A stretch of DNA of 36,593 nucleotides. It comes from an uncultured Solirubrobacteraceae bacterium. GTDB taxonomy: Bacteria; Actinomycetota; Thermoleophilia; Solirubrobacterales; Solirubrobacteraceae. Positions within the stretch are counted from its first letter, which is position 1, and each line of letters begins with the position of its first letter. Positions 30,183 to 36,593 of the stretch are shown piece after piece. A program made the translations under genes and the position numbers. The stretch covers positions 1-36,593 of the forward strand of contig CADCVT010000137.1 of NCBI GenBank assembly GCA_902806215.1. Direction: 5' to 3'. The notes under the pieces are model-generated. The model was not told the DNA's origin. It made no database searches and saw only the letters and a list, made by a program, of their open reading frames with translations.

Positions 30183-31277
30183 TCAGCCGCGCCTGAAAGC
30201 GTCGAACGCCGGCTTGCGCCGGCCGTTCGCGTCAAGGAGCCCCCAGCGGATCTCGTCGCGCTGCGCGTTCGGCTGCTCGTCGTAGAGGCCGAGGTAGCCG
30301 AATGTGTAGATCCGCTTCCAGCCTCGTGCGACCCGCAGCGCGGAGCTGATCCAGCTCGCCTGCGTCCGGCGTGTGACGAAGAAGTTGAACTCGCGGTTGC
30401 GGCGGTCGGTCGGCAGCGAGTACTCCGACAGGAAGAGCCGCAGCTTCTTGCCGCGCCCCACGCGGTAGCGGTCGAGCCACCGGGCGAGCGTGTCGAGGTC
30501 GCCGAAGTCGGCGAAGCCGTTGCCGAGCGGGCTTGCTCGCAGGTCCGGGCGCCGGAGCGAGAACGGGTTGTGGCCGTAGAGGTCCATACGCGGCGCGCGA
30601 CCGTTCGGAAGGCGCATCGCCCGGATGAAGTTCAGCGGGCGGACCGTTCCGACGGTGTACGTGTTGCCGCCGATCACCAGGTTGGCGCGGTTGAGCGCCT
30701 TCAGCCGTCCGTACGCCTCGTCGAGGAGTTGCGCGTACAATCGCGGCCCGCGCGCGCCGCTTCCACGCAGAGGCCCCTTCCTGTCGCTCTGGAGGGGCTG
30801 GAAGTTGCTCTCCTTCGACGGTTCGCCCCAGATCATCCAGTGCCGCACGCCGGGGTACCGGCGGGCAGCGGCCTCGAGGAAGTCGGCGTAGTCCTTCGGA
30901 TCGTTGGGCGTCCACCGCGCGTCGCGCCCTCCGTTGGCCCAGCGCGGCGTGCTCGTGACGAGCAGACTCACGCTCATCCCATGGCCCGGGGCCTGGGCGG
31001 CGGCGAGGTCGACGTCCGCCGGCCAGCGGTAGGCCGGGTCGGCCGGGTCCCGCGGCGTCGCCGGCCGTGCCGAGGCGATGGCGCTCCACGAGAGCGTCGT
31101 CTGGTACAGGCCGACCCCGAGATCGCGATAGATCGGGAACTGCGATTTCCCGTCGCGCACCACCGGGCCCCAGATCGCCTTCTTGCGCGACGGCGCGGCG
31201 TCCGCGATCGGCGTCACGGCGCCGCCGAACAGGGTGACCAGCAACAACCCGATCACGAGCACGCGCATCTGTGCCAC
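30183..31277 (-). CDS. Secreted TIM-barrel glycoside hydrolase candidate (clan GH-A-like, PslG-type role)
   Basis: Track ORF (364 aa; GTG 31277, alternative ATG 31268 giving MRVLVIGLLLVTLFGG...). A signal peptide is present. Motifs are HWMIWGEPSK (acid/base Glu in a W.EP context), LFLSEYS (candidate nucleophile Glu) and DPKDYADFLEAAARRYPGV, typical of (beta/alpha)8 glycosidases. The exact GH family is not determined. Confidence 0.7.
   Translation of the reverse strand: MAQMRVLVIGLLLVTLFGGAVTPIADAAPSRKKAIWGPVVRDGKSQFPIYRDLGVGLYQTTLSWSAIASARPATPRDPADPAYRWPADVDLAAAQAPGHGMSVSLLVTSTPRWANGGRDARWTPNDPKDYADFLEAAARRYPGVRHWMIWGEPSKESNFQPLQSDRKGPLRGSGARGPRLYAQLLDEAYGRLKALNRANLVIGGNTYTVGTVRPLNFIRAMRLPNGRAPRMDLYGHNPFSLRRPDLRASPLGNGFADFGDLDTLARWLDRYRVGRGKKLRLFLSEYSLPTDRRNREFNFFVTRRTQASWISSALRVARGWKRIYTFGYLGLYDEQPNAQRDEIRWGLLDANGRRKPAFDAFRRG
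30203..30229 (+). terminator. GC-rich hairpin 31 nt downstream of the 29663..30172 stop, embedded in the 3' end of the convergent hydrolase gene
   Basis: The sequence cgaacgccggc-ttgc-gccggccgttcg forms an 11-bp stem with one bulged C. There is no T-tract. It lies inside coding sequence of 30183..31277(-), so a terminator role is speculative. Confidence 0.25.
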
Positions 31278-31437
31278 TGTAACTGGGGGAATCGCTCGCC
31301 CGACCGCATCGCACAGGGATGTGGCGTGTTTGCGGTTTCGATAGGGTAGAAAAATTGGTCAGTCAGCTGTCACGCGGGGGGCGGGCGGTGGGTCTCACAG
31401 CAGAGCGAGCGTCGAGTTCGCCCAATGGAGGAACGTT
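31278..31437. promoter_or_regulatory. Largest and most A/T-rich intergenic region; presumed divergent promoter region
   Basis: This 160-nt spacer separates the divergent starts 31277(-) and 31438(+). It contains gatagggtagaaaaattggtcagtcagctgtcac. TAGGGT (31342-31347, TANNNT form) and its complement TACCCT are candidate -10 elements, but I could not pair them with a convincing -35. GGAGGA at 31427-31432 sits 5 nt before TTG 31438. Confidence 0.3.
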
Positions 31438-32007
31438 TTGAAGAGGCAAGTGACAGCAGTCGTCGTGGTCTTCGGCGCAGGCGCCGGTGCGCTCGCGGGC
31501 GGCGGTGCGTTCGCCGGGGCGCAGCAGCAGGCCCAGCAGCCGCCGGTCCAGTCGCAGCCGGCGGTGCGCCAGGCGCCGCGGAACGTGACGATCAACGTCA
31601 ACCCTCGGGTTGATCGCCGGCGCCCGTGGCGGTTCACGGTCTCCGGCCGGGTCAACCTGCCGGCGCCGGGCCTGGTGTGCCCGCCCGGACAGACCAGCGG
31701 CTACTACTGCCTGCCACTGGCGCGCGAGCGTGCCTGCGATCGGGCTAGGGTCGCCATCCGCTTCAAGGGCGGACCGCGCACCCGCCAGACGATCTCGACA
31801 CGGCGGTACCGCACCCGGATCGGGGGGACTGCGCAGCAGCTTCCGTTCTGCACGTATCGCGGCACCGTGTCGTTCAACGTGGCGCGCCGCCTGCGGCCGA
31901 CAGGGCGCGTGCAGGTCGACGTCCGTTTCCTCGGCAACGCGTACTACGGGCAGAAGTCGAGCCCGCGGCGGACCGCTCGCGCCGTCGGCGTGGGCCGCAG
32001 GCGCTAG
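31438..32007 (+). CDS. Secreted hypothetical protein, four Cys, Arg-rich C-terminal half
   Basis: Track ORF (189 aa). The TTG start has the best Shine-Dalgarno in the window. The signal peptide is MKRQVTAVVVVFGAGAGALAGGGAFAGA. A Gln/Pro-rich linker follows, then a beta-rich Cys-containing domain. The last ~82 aa have about one Arg in four. I recognise no family. Confidence 0.65.
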   Translation: MKRQVTAVVVVFGAGAGALAGGGAFAGAQQQAQQPPVQSQPAVRQAPRNVTINVNPRVDRRRPWRFTVSGRVNLPAPGLVCPPGQTSGYYCLPLARERACDRARVAIRFKGGPRTRQTISTRRYRTRIGGTAQQLPFCTYRGTVSFNVARRLRPTGRVQVDVRFLGNAYYGQKSSPRRTARAVGVGRRR

Positions 32008-32033
32008 CACGCCGCCAGAACGACGCTCTCGAC

Positions 32034-32059
32034 GAACGGCCCGCCTCGGCGGGCCGTTC
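32034..32059 (+). terminator. Intrinsic-terminator-like hairpin after 31438..32007
   Basis: gaacggcccgcc-tc-ggcgggccgttc is a perfect 12-nt inverted repeat (effectively an 11-bp stem with a 4-nt loop). It lies 27 nt after the stop and is followed by gcgttcttgcc, a weak T-tract. It is the only strong hairpin I found in intergenic DNA. Confidence 0.5.
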
Positions 32060-32108
32060 GCGTTCTTGCCCTGCGCGCTCTGGATGCAAGAGCCTTAGCC
32101 TCCCTCGG

Positions 32109-33050
32109 GTGGAGCGTGAACGTCAGGTGAGGTCGCGGCACCGGCGGGTGCTCGAGACGCTGCGCGTGGACGCCGTGATCCGCGAGGTCTTCGACGCGCT
32201 CCGGACCCAAGGCATGCGGCCGATCCTGCTCAAGGGGCCGGTCATCGCGGCCTGGCTCTACGAGCAGCCCGGCGACCGCCTCTACGTGGACGGCGACGTC
32301 ATGGTCGCCCCCGCGCAACTCGCCGAGAGCGAGCGCGTGCTGCGCTCGCTCGGCTTCACGCCCGACCACTTCGGCCTCACCCGCGATTCGAGGGAGTGGC
32401 GCCGCGGGACGGCGCAGATCGACCTCCACACGTCCATCACGGGCATCGGCGTGGAACCCGAGCGTGCGTGGAAGCTGCTGACAGCCGATACGTCGTCCGC
32501 GGTCGTCGGCGGGACCACGGCCGTCGAGGCGCTCGCGGAGCCGGCGCGCGCGCTGCATCTCGCGCTGCACGTCGCCCAGCACGCGTCCGCCGTTGCCAAG
32601 CCGCGGGAGGATCTCGAGCGGGCGCTCGCGATGGTTCCGCAGGAGACCTGGGAGGCCGCGGCAACGCTCGCCGAGCAACTCGACGCGCAACCGGCGTTCA
32701 CGACCGGACTGCGGCGCGTCGACGGCGGCCAGGCCGTCCTCGACCGCTTGCGTCTCCGCCCCGTGGCCACGCCGATGATCGTGCTCCTCGAGCACGGGGC
32801 GCCTCCGGGCGCGATGGGCCTTACGCAGATCTCGTCGGCGCGCGTGCGGGATCTGCCGGCCGAGATCGCTCGCGCGATCGTGCCGCCCGCCGCCTACATG
32901 CGCCGCGTCTGGCCCGGCCACCGCCCCGGCGCGGCCGGGTTGGCGGCGGCGCACGTGCAGCGCTGGCTGCGGCTCACGCTCGGCCTGCCGGTCGCCCTCT
33001 CTTCCTGGCGTGCCGCCCGGCGCTCGGCGGCGGAGCCCCACCGGCCGTGA
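32109..33050 (+). CDS. Nucleotidyltransferase-family protein (NTP_transf_5-like, uncharacterised)
   Basis: Track ORF (313 aa, GTG start). ...VFDALRTQGMRPILLKGPVIAAWLYEQPGDRLYVDGDVMVAPAQLAESERVLRSLGF followed by IDLH matches the pattern I associate with the PF14907 family (LLKG....Y......R...D.D.LV). Its stop overlaps the next gene's GTG (GTGA). Confidence 0.7.
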   Translation: MERERQVRSRHRRVLETLRVDAVIREVFDALRTQGMRPILLKGPVIAAWLYEQPGDRLYVDGDVMVAPAQLAESERVLRSLGFTPDHFGLTRDSREWRRGTAQIDLHTSITGIGVEPERAWKLLTADTSSAVVGGTTAVEALAEPARALHLALHVAQHASAVAKPREDLERALAMVPQETWEAAATLAEQLDAQPAFTTGLRRVDGGQAVLDRLRLRPVATPMIVLLEHGAPPGAMGLTQISSARVRDLPAEIARAIVPPAAYMRRVWPGHRPGAAGLAAAHVQRWLRLTLGLPVALSSWRAARRSAAEPHRP

Positions 33051-34804
33051 TCGCGACGCTGCGGCGGGGGTGGGCGACCGCGACGTTCGGCTCGCGCCGG
33101 CCTGGTCGGCGGGTGGCCGGTCTCGCATTGTGCGGGGTCGTCGGCGGCGTCGGCGAGTCGCTCGTGGTCGTGCTCGTCGTCGGGCTGGTGTCGCCTGGGA
33201 ACGGCGGGGGGCTGCCACTCGTCGGTGAGCTTCCGGAGACGTGGTCGGTCGCGGGTGCCGCGCTCGCGCTCGTGGTGGTGCTGGCCGCCGCGCACGCTGC
33301 GTCGGGATGGATCTCGGCCGCGGCGGCCCGCGACGTGCAGAGGACGGTGCAGCGTGAGCTGATGCAGGCCTACGTCGACGCCCCGTGGCCGGTGCAGTCG
33401 TCGGTCCGGGCCGGCGAGCTCCAGGAGCTCATCACCGTGCGGACCCAGATCCTCGCCTACGGGACGCAGGAGACCGCGCAGGCACTGAGCGCGGCGTTGA
33501 ACGTCATCGTCCTCGTCGTGGCGGCGGTCGCGCTCAGCCCGTTCGCGACCGTGGGCTTGATGCTCGCCGTCGGCACCGTGATCGCGCTGTCACTCCCGCT
33601 GCGTACGGTGCGGCGCGCGGCAGTCCGCGAGTCCGCCAACGCGCAGTCGTCACTCGCGATCGAGCTGACGGAGACGGCGTCACTTGTTCGTGAGGCGCGC
33701 GTGTTCGGCGTCGACGCGGTCGCGTCCGCGCGCGTCGGCGAGCAGATCGAGGACGCGGCCCGCAGGCAGGGACGGGTGCGGCTCGCTGCGACCGTGACCC
33801 CGCCGCTCACACGCGATGTCACCGTCGCGCTGATCGTCCTCGCGCTCGCCGTCGTGGTGTCGTCCGGTTCGGTCGACGCTGCGGTTCTCGGCGCGGCTGT
33901 CGTGCTCGTGCTGCGGGCGCTCTCCCACGCCCAGGCGCTGACCGCCTACGGGTTGAAGTGGACCGAGCGTGAGGAGGGGGTGCGGCGGATCCGCCTTCGG
34001 CTCGACGAATGGCGCGCGCCAGGCGCGCGCGGGACGCTCCCGTGCCCCAGCATCACCGAGGTCGCCTTGCGCGACGTCGGCTTCACGTATCCAGGTGCGG
34101 AGGCCGCCGCCCTCTCGGGCGTCGACCTGCGGCTGCAGCGCGGCGAGCTCGTCGGCGTCGTCGGCCGGACGGGCGGCGGCAAGTCCACGTTGGCCGGCAT
34201 CACCCTCGGCCTGCTCGTGCCGACGCGCGGCGAGGTCCTCGTCGACGGGTCGCCACTGCGCGAGATCGATCCGCGCGACTGGCACGCGCGCACCGCGTGG
34301 GTCGGCCAGGAACCGCGGCTGCTGACCGGCACGGTAGCCGAGAACATCCGCTTCCTGCGCGAGTGGGTCGACGACGCGGCCCTCGAGCGCGCGGCCCGGG
34401 ACGCGGGGCTTGCGGGCGAGCTCGCACTCGACCACCCCGTCGGACCCGGAGGCTCGGACGTCTCGGGCGGCCAGCGCCAGCGCATAGCGATCGCCCGGGC
34501 GCTCGCGAGCGACCCCGCAGTCGTCGTTCTCGACGAGCCGACCAGCGCGCTCGACCTGGCGACCGAGGCGACCGTCCGCGAAACGATCGAGCGCCTGCGG
34601 CACGATCGGATCGTCCTCGTGATCGCCCACCGGATGTCGACGGTGCGGAGCTGCGACCGCCTCGTCGTCCTCGAGGACGGACGGCTCAGCTCGCTGTCGG
34701 CCCCGGCTCAGCTCACGCACGCGGACGAGACCTGGCTACGCGACACCTTGTCGCCTCCGGCCACGCCGCACTCCGGCGCGCTCGATCGCACGGGCGAGTC
34801 TTGA
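33047..34804 (+). CDS. ABC exporter, fused permease + ATPase half-transporter
   Basis: GTG 33047 lies within track ORF 32396..34804. About six N-terminal TM segments are present. The NBD has Walker A GRTGGGKST, Q-loop WVGQEP, signature VSGGQRQRIAIARAL, Walker B VVVLDEPTSALD and H-loop VIAHR. Confidence 0.9.
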   Translation: MIATLRRGWATATFGSRRPGRRVAGLALCGVVGGVGESLVVVLVVGLVSPGNGGGLPLVGELPETWSVAGAALALVVVLAAAHAASGWISAAAARDVQRTVQRELMQAYVDAPWPVQSSVRAGELQELITVRTQILAYGTQETAQALSAALNVIVLVVAAVALSPFATVGLMLAVGTVIALSLPLRTVRRAAVRESANAQSSLAIELTETASLVREARVFGVDAVASARVGEQIEDAARRQGRVRLAATVTPPLTRDVTVALIVLALAVVVSSGSVDAAVLGAAVVLVLRALSHAQALTAYGLKWTEREEGVRRIRLRLDEWRAPGARGTLPCPSITEVALRDVGFTYPGAEAAALSGVDLRLQRGELVGVVGRTGGGKSTLAGITLGLLVPTRGEVLVDGSPLREIDPRDWHARTAWVGQEPRLLTGTVAENIRFLREWVDDAALERAARDAGLAGELALDHPVGPGGSDVSGGQRQRIAIARALASDPAVVVLDEPTSALDLATEATVRETIERLRHDRIVLVIAHRMSTVRSCDRLVVLEDGRLSSLSAPAQLTHADETWLRDTLSPPATPHSGALDRTGES

Positions 34805-35722
34805 CGCCGGTCGCCGTACCGCGCTCGCGAGGCTCGGTGGCAGCCTCCCGACCGTGAGGAGCAACCGGTCCGCCGGGCCGGGGCGCAGCCGGTACAGCCG
34901 CCGGAGCGACCGGATCGTCTCGACGTCGGCGATCTGGACCGAGGCGCGCAGGCACCAGCCGACGTAGCGGTCGACGTAGTCGTCGAGACCTGACGGCGAA
35001 GTGCCGGTCGCCGCCACGTGCTCGAGCACCGTGGCGACGGCGGGTGCGATGTCGGCGGCGGATGCCGGCCGGGCGCCCTTCCAGCGGGCCCTCGCGCTCT
35101 CCATCGCGCCGCCGGTCCCGTGGACGTAGACCGCGGTTCGGCGGGTGGACGTCGCGACGGGTCCGCTCAGCGCGAGGCGTGCGAACAGCTCGGAGTCGGC
35201 CCCGAGGGCGTGGTCCGCGAAGCCGCCGACCCGGTCGACCGCCGACCGGCGAACTGCCGCGGTGCTCGCGCACAACGGCAGGGGCCGACGGCCGACCTCC
35301 TCGAAGTACCGGACGAGCGCGATGGTCGGGTCGGCCGGTGGGGGGACGTCGTAGCGGCCGGCGAAGTCGCTGTCGACGTATCGGGTCCCGATGAGGCCGG
35401 CATCGGGGAACCGTTGCCGCACACGGTCGAGCTCCGCCAGATGCTCGGGGAACCAGAGGTCGTCCGCGTCGAGGAAGGCGATCCACTCGTGCGACGCCAC
35501 GGCGATCCCGCGGTTGCGGGCCGCTCCTTCGCCCGCGTTTTCCTGGCGGACGACGACGACGCGCGGGTCGAGCGGCTCCGACAGCGCCGCGATGCCGCCG
35601 TCGGTGGATCCGTCGTCGACGACGACGAGCTCGAAGTCCTGGAAGCTCTGCTCGAGGACGCTGCGAACCGCGCGTCCGAGCGTCCGGCGAGCGTTGAAGA
35701 CGGGGATGACGACGCTGAACAC
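34736..35722 (-). CDS. GT2-family (GT-A fold) glycosyltransferase
   Basis: GTG 35722 gives (M)FSVVIPVFNARRTLGRAVRSVLEQSFQDFELVVVDDGSTDG and DADD. TTG 35728, which overlaps the upstream TGA as TTGA, is an alternative start. The upstream 287 codons of track ORF 34736..36583 are out-of-frame overlap with the sulfotransferase. The 3' end overlaps the convergent ABC gene by 69 nt. Confidence 0.85.
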   Translation of the reverse strand: MFSVVIPVFNARRTLGRAVRSVLEQSFQDFELVVVDDGSTDGGIAALSEPLDPRVVVVRQENAGEGAARNRGIAVASHEWIAFLDADDLWFPEHLAELDRVRQRFPDAGLIGTRYVDSDFAGRYDVPPPADPTIALVRYFEEVGRRPLPLCASTAAVRRSAVDRVGGFADHALGADSELFARLALSGPVATSTRRTAVYVHGTGGAMESARARWKGARPASAADIAPAVATVLEHVAATGTSPSGLDDYVDRYVGWCLRASVQIADVETIRSLRRLYRLRPGPADRLLLTVGRLPPSLASAVRRPASRLARAIERAGVRRGRRRQGVA

Positions 35723-35724
35723 GG

Positions 35725-36593
35725 TCAACGCCAGTGCGACAGGTCGCAGCCGAGCAGCGACTCCAGCTTGTCGACCTGCGGCGCGAAGACCTGGGCCAGC
35801 TCCTCGCGGAACCTGGGCTCGAGCGGTGCGCTCGGGCCACGTCGCACGTTCGCCCGGTTGATGAGGCGTGACGGGCTGATGCCCGCGCGCGCGGCAACGA
35901 CACGCGCCGGCTCGTACAGCGGTCCGAGCCGGCGCGGCAGCGACCTGTGGACACGGGCTGCCGCGGGGCTGCGGAGGGTCGCCCTGACGTTCGCCGGTGC
36001 GAAGTCGCGCCGCCCGTCGTCCTCGAGACGGAGGAACGCGAGGACTTGCAGGTACACCGAGCGCGTGTCGCGCTTCAGGTCGTCGAACAGGACGACGAGC
36101 CTCTGCTGCTCGGGCACGATGGCGCAAAGACGCTCGAGCTGGTCGCCGGTCGCGCAGACCCGTGCGTAATCGAGTAGGCGCGGGTCGGCACACTCGACCG
36201 GTATCCGTCGACCCTGACGCCGGACATCCTGCAGCCGCCATGCTCGTTCGAGGTCGCTGACGTCCTCGTGGTAGGTCTTCACGAGCTCGGCATGAAACGA
36301 CACGACCATGTCGACCGGGTCTCGCAGCATCACGACGAACCGCGCGTCGGGCCGCTCGGCGAGGATGGCCGGTACGGCGACCGCGGACCGGAGGTAGTTC
36401 GCCGTCGCCTCGCCCCGCAGCGCGTCCTCGGGCGCCCCGTCCCACAGCGCCAGGTATGCGGTGCGGTCGCGCACGGGGTCGCGTCGATCGAGGTCCGGGC
36501 TCCAGTATCCGGGCTCCTTGCGGCTCGACATCGCGATGCCGGGGTGCGTCGCGAGGTACCCGTGCATCGCGGTCGTCCCGCACTTGGGGGCCC
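35725..36593 (-). CDS. Sulfotransferase-family protein; N-terminus lies right of the window
   Basis: Track ORF 35725..36567 begins at an internal Met. The same frame stays open to the window edge and reads ...GPPKCGTTAMHGYL, where PKCGTT is the 5'-phosphosulfate-binding loop of PAPS-dependent sulfotransferases. The later RDPVDMVVSFH resembles the 3'-phosphate-binding region. Confidence 0.85.
   Translation of the reverse strand, partial: APKCGTTAMHGYLATHPGIAMSSRKEPGYWSPDLDRRDPVRDRTAYLALWDGAPEDALRGEATANYLRSAVAVPAILAERPDARFVVMLRDPVDMVVSFHAELVKTYHEDVSDLERAWRLQDVRRQGRRIPVECADPRLLDYARVCATGDQLERLCAIVPEQQRLVVLFDDLKRDTRSVYLQVLAFLRLEDDGRRDFAPANVRATLRSPAAARVHRSLPRRLGPLYEPARVVAARAGISPSRLINRANVRRGPSAPLEPRFREELAQVFAPQVDKLESLLGCDLSHWR

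Noticed and set aside
31425-31613. 62-aa ORF starting at ATG 31425
   Set aside because: It overlaps the 31438 gene out of frame and has an Arg/Gly/Ala-rich product. The GGAGGA at 31427-31432 is positioned for the TTG 31438 start, not for this ATG.
1-36593. Search for CRISPR arrays, transposases/integrases, IS inverted repeats and prophage genes
   Set aside because: Apart from the in-frame protein repeats at 15532-16503, I saw no short direct-repeat/spacer periodicity. No ORF had transposase, integrase or phage hallmarks. This was a manual scan only, so short or degenerate elements could be missed.

Overview
This is a very GC-rich, Actinomycetota-like chromosomal segment; in the frames I call, third codon positions are almost always G/C. 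The taxon is only a guess from composition. I call about 30 protein genes and see no rRNA, tRNA, CRISPR array or recognisable mobile element. Most long ORFs in the six-frame track are antisense or out-of-frame shadows of the real genes. Left edge (1-4985): a secreted penicillin/AHL-acylase-family Ntn hydrolase (runs off the window), a secreted tandem-PHP metallo-phosphoesterase, a small putative lipoprotein and a cupin. Core (4990-31277): a Wzx/Wzy-type cell-surface polysaccharide locus. It encodes a UDP-HexNAc 6-dehydrogenase, four extended-SDR epimerase/dehydratases (one WbpP/TviC-like), an AsnB-type amidotransferase, three GT4 glycosyltransferases and a GT-C-like membrane protein. It also encodes a lipoprotein, a miniature Wzz-like co-polymerase, a Wzx flippase, three SAM methyltransferases and three secreted polysaccharide-active enzymes (an alpha/beta hydrolase with four tandem Ig-like repeats, a beta-helix protein and a TIM-barrel glycosidase). 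The most unusual gene is a single 1009-codon ORF that fuses the WecA/MraY-type priming transferase to an O-antigen-ligase/Wzy domain and a TPR tail. Right part (32109-36593): after the only clear hairpin terminator come an NTP_transf_5-like nucleotidyltransferase translationally coupled to a fused ABC exporter, then a convergent GT2 and a sulfotransferase (runs off the window). Architecture is odd: there are 14 strand switches, none of the seven convergent junctions has room for a terminator (two share a CTAG double stop, three overlap by 30-69 nt), and some divergent start codons lie 0-7 nt apart. All functional calls come from motif recognition by eye. No database search was run.
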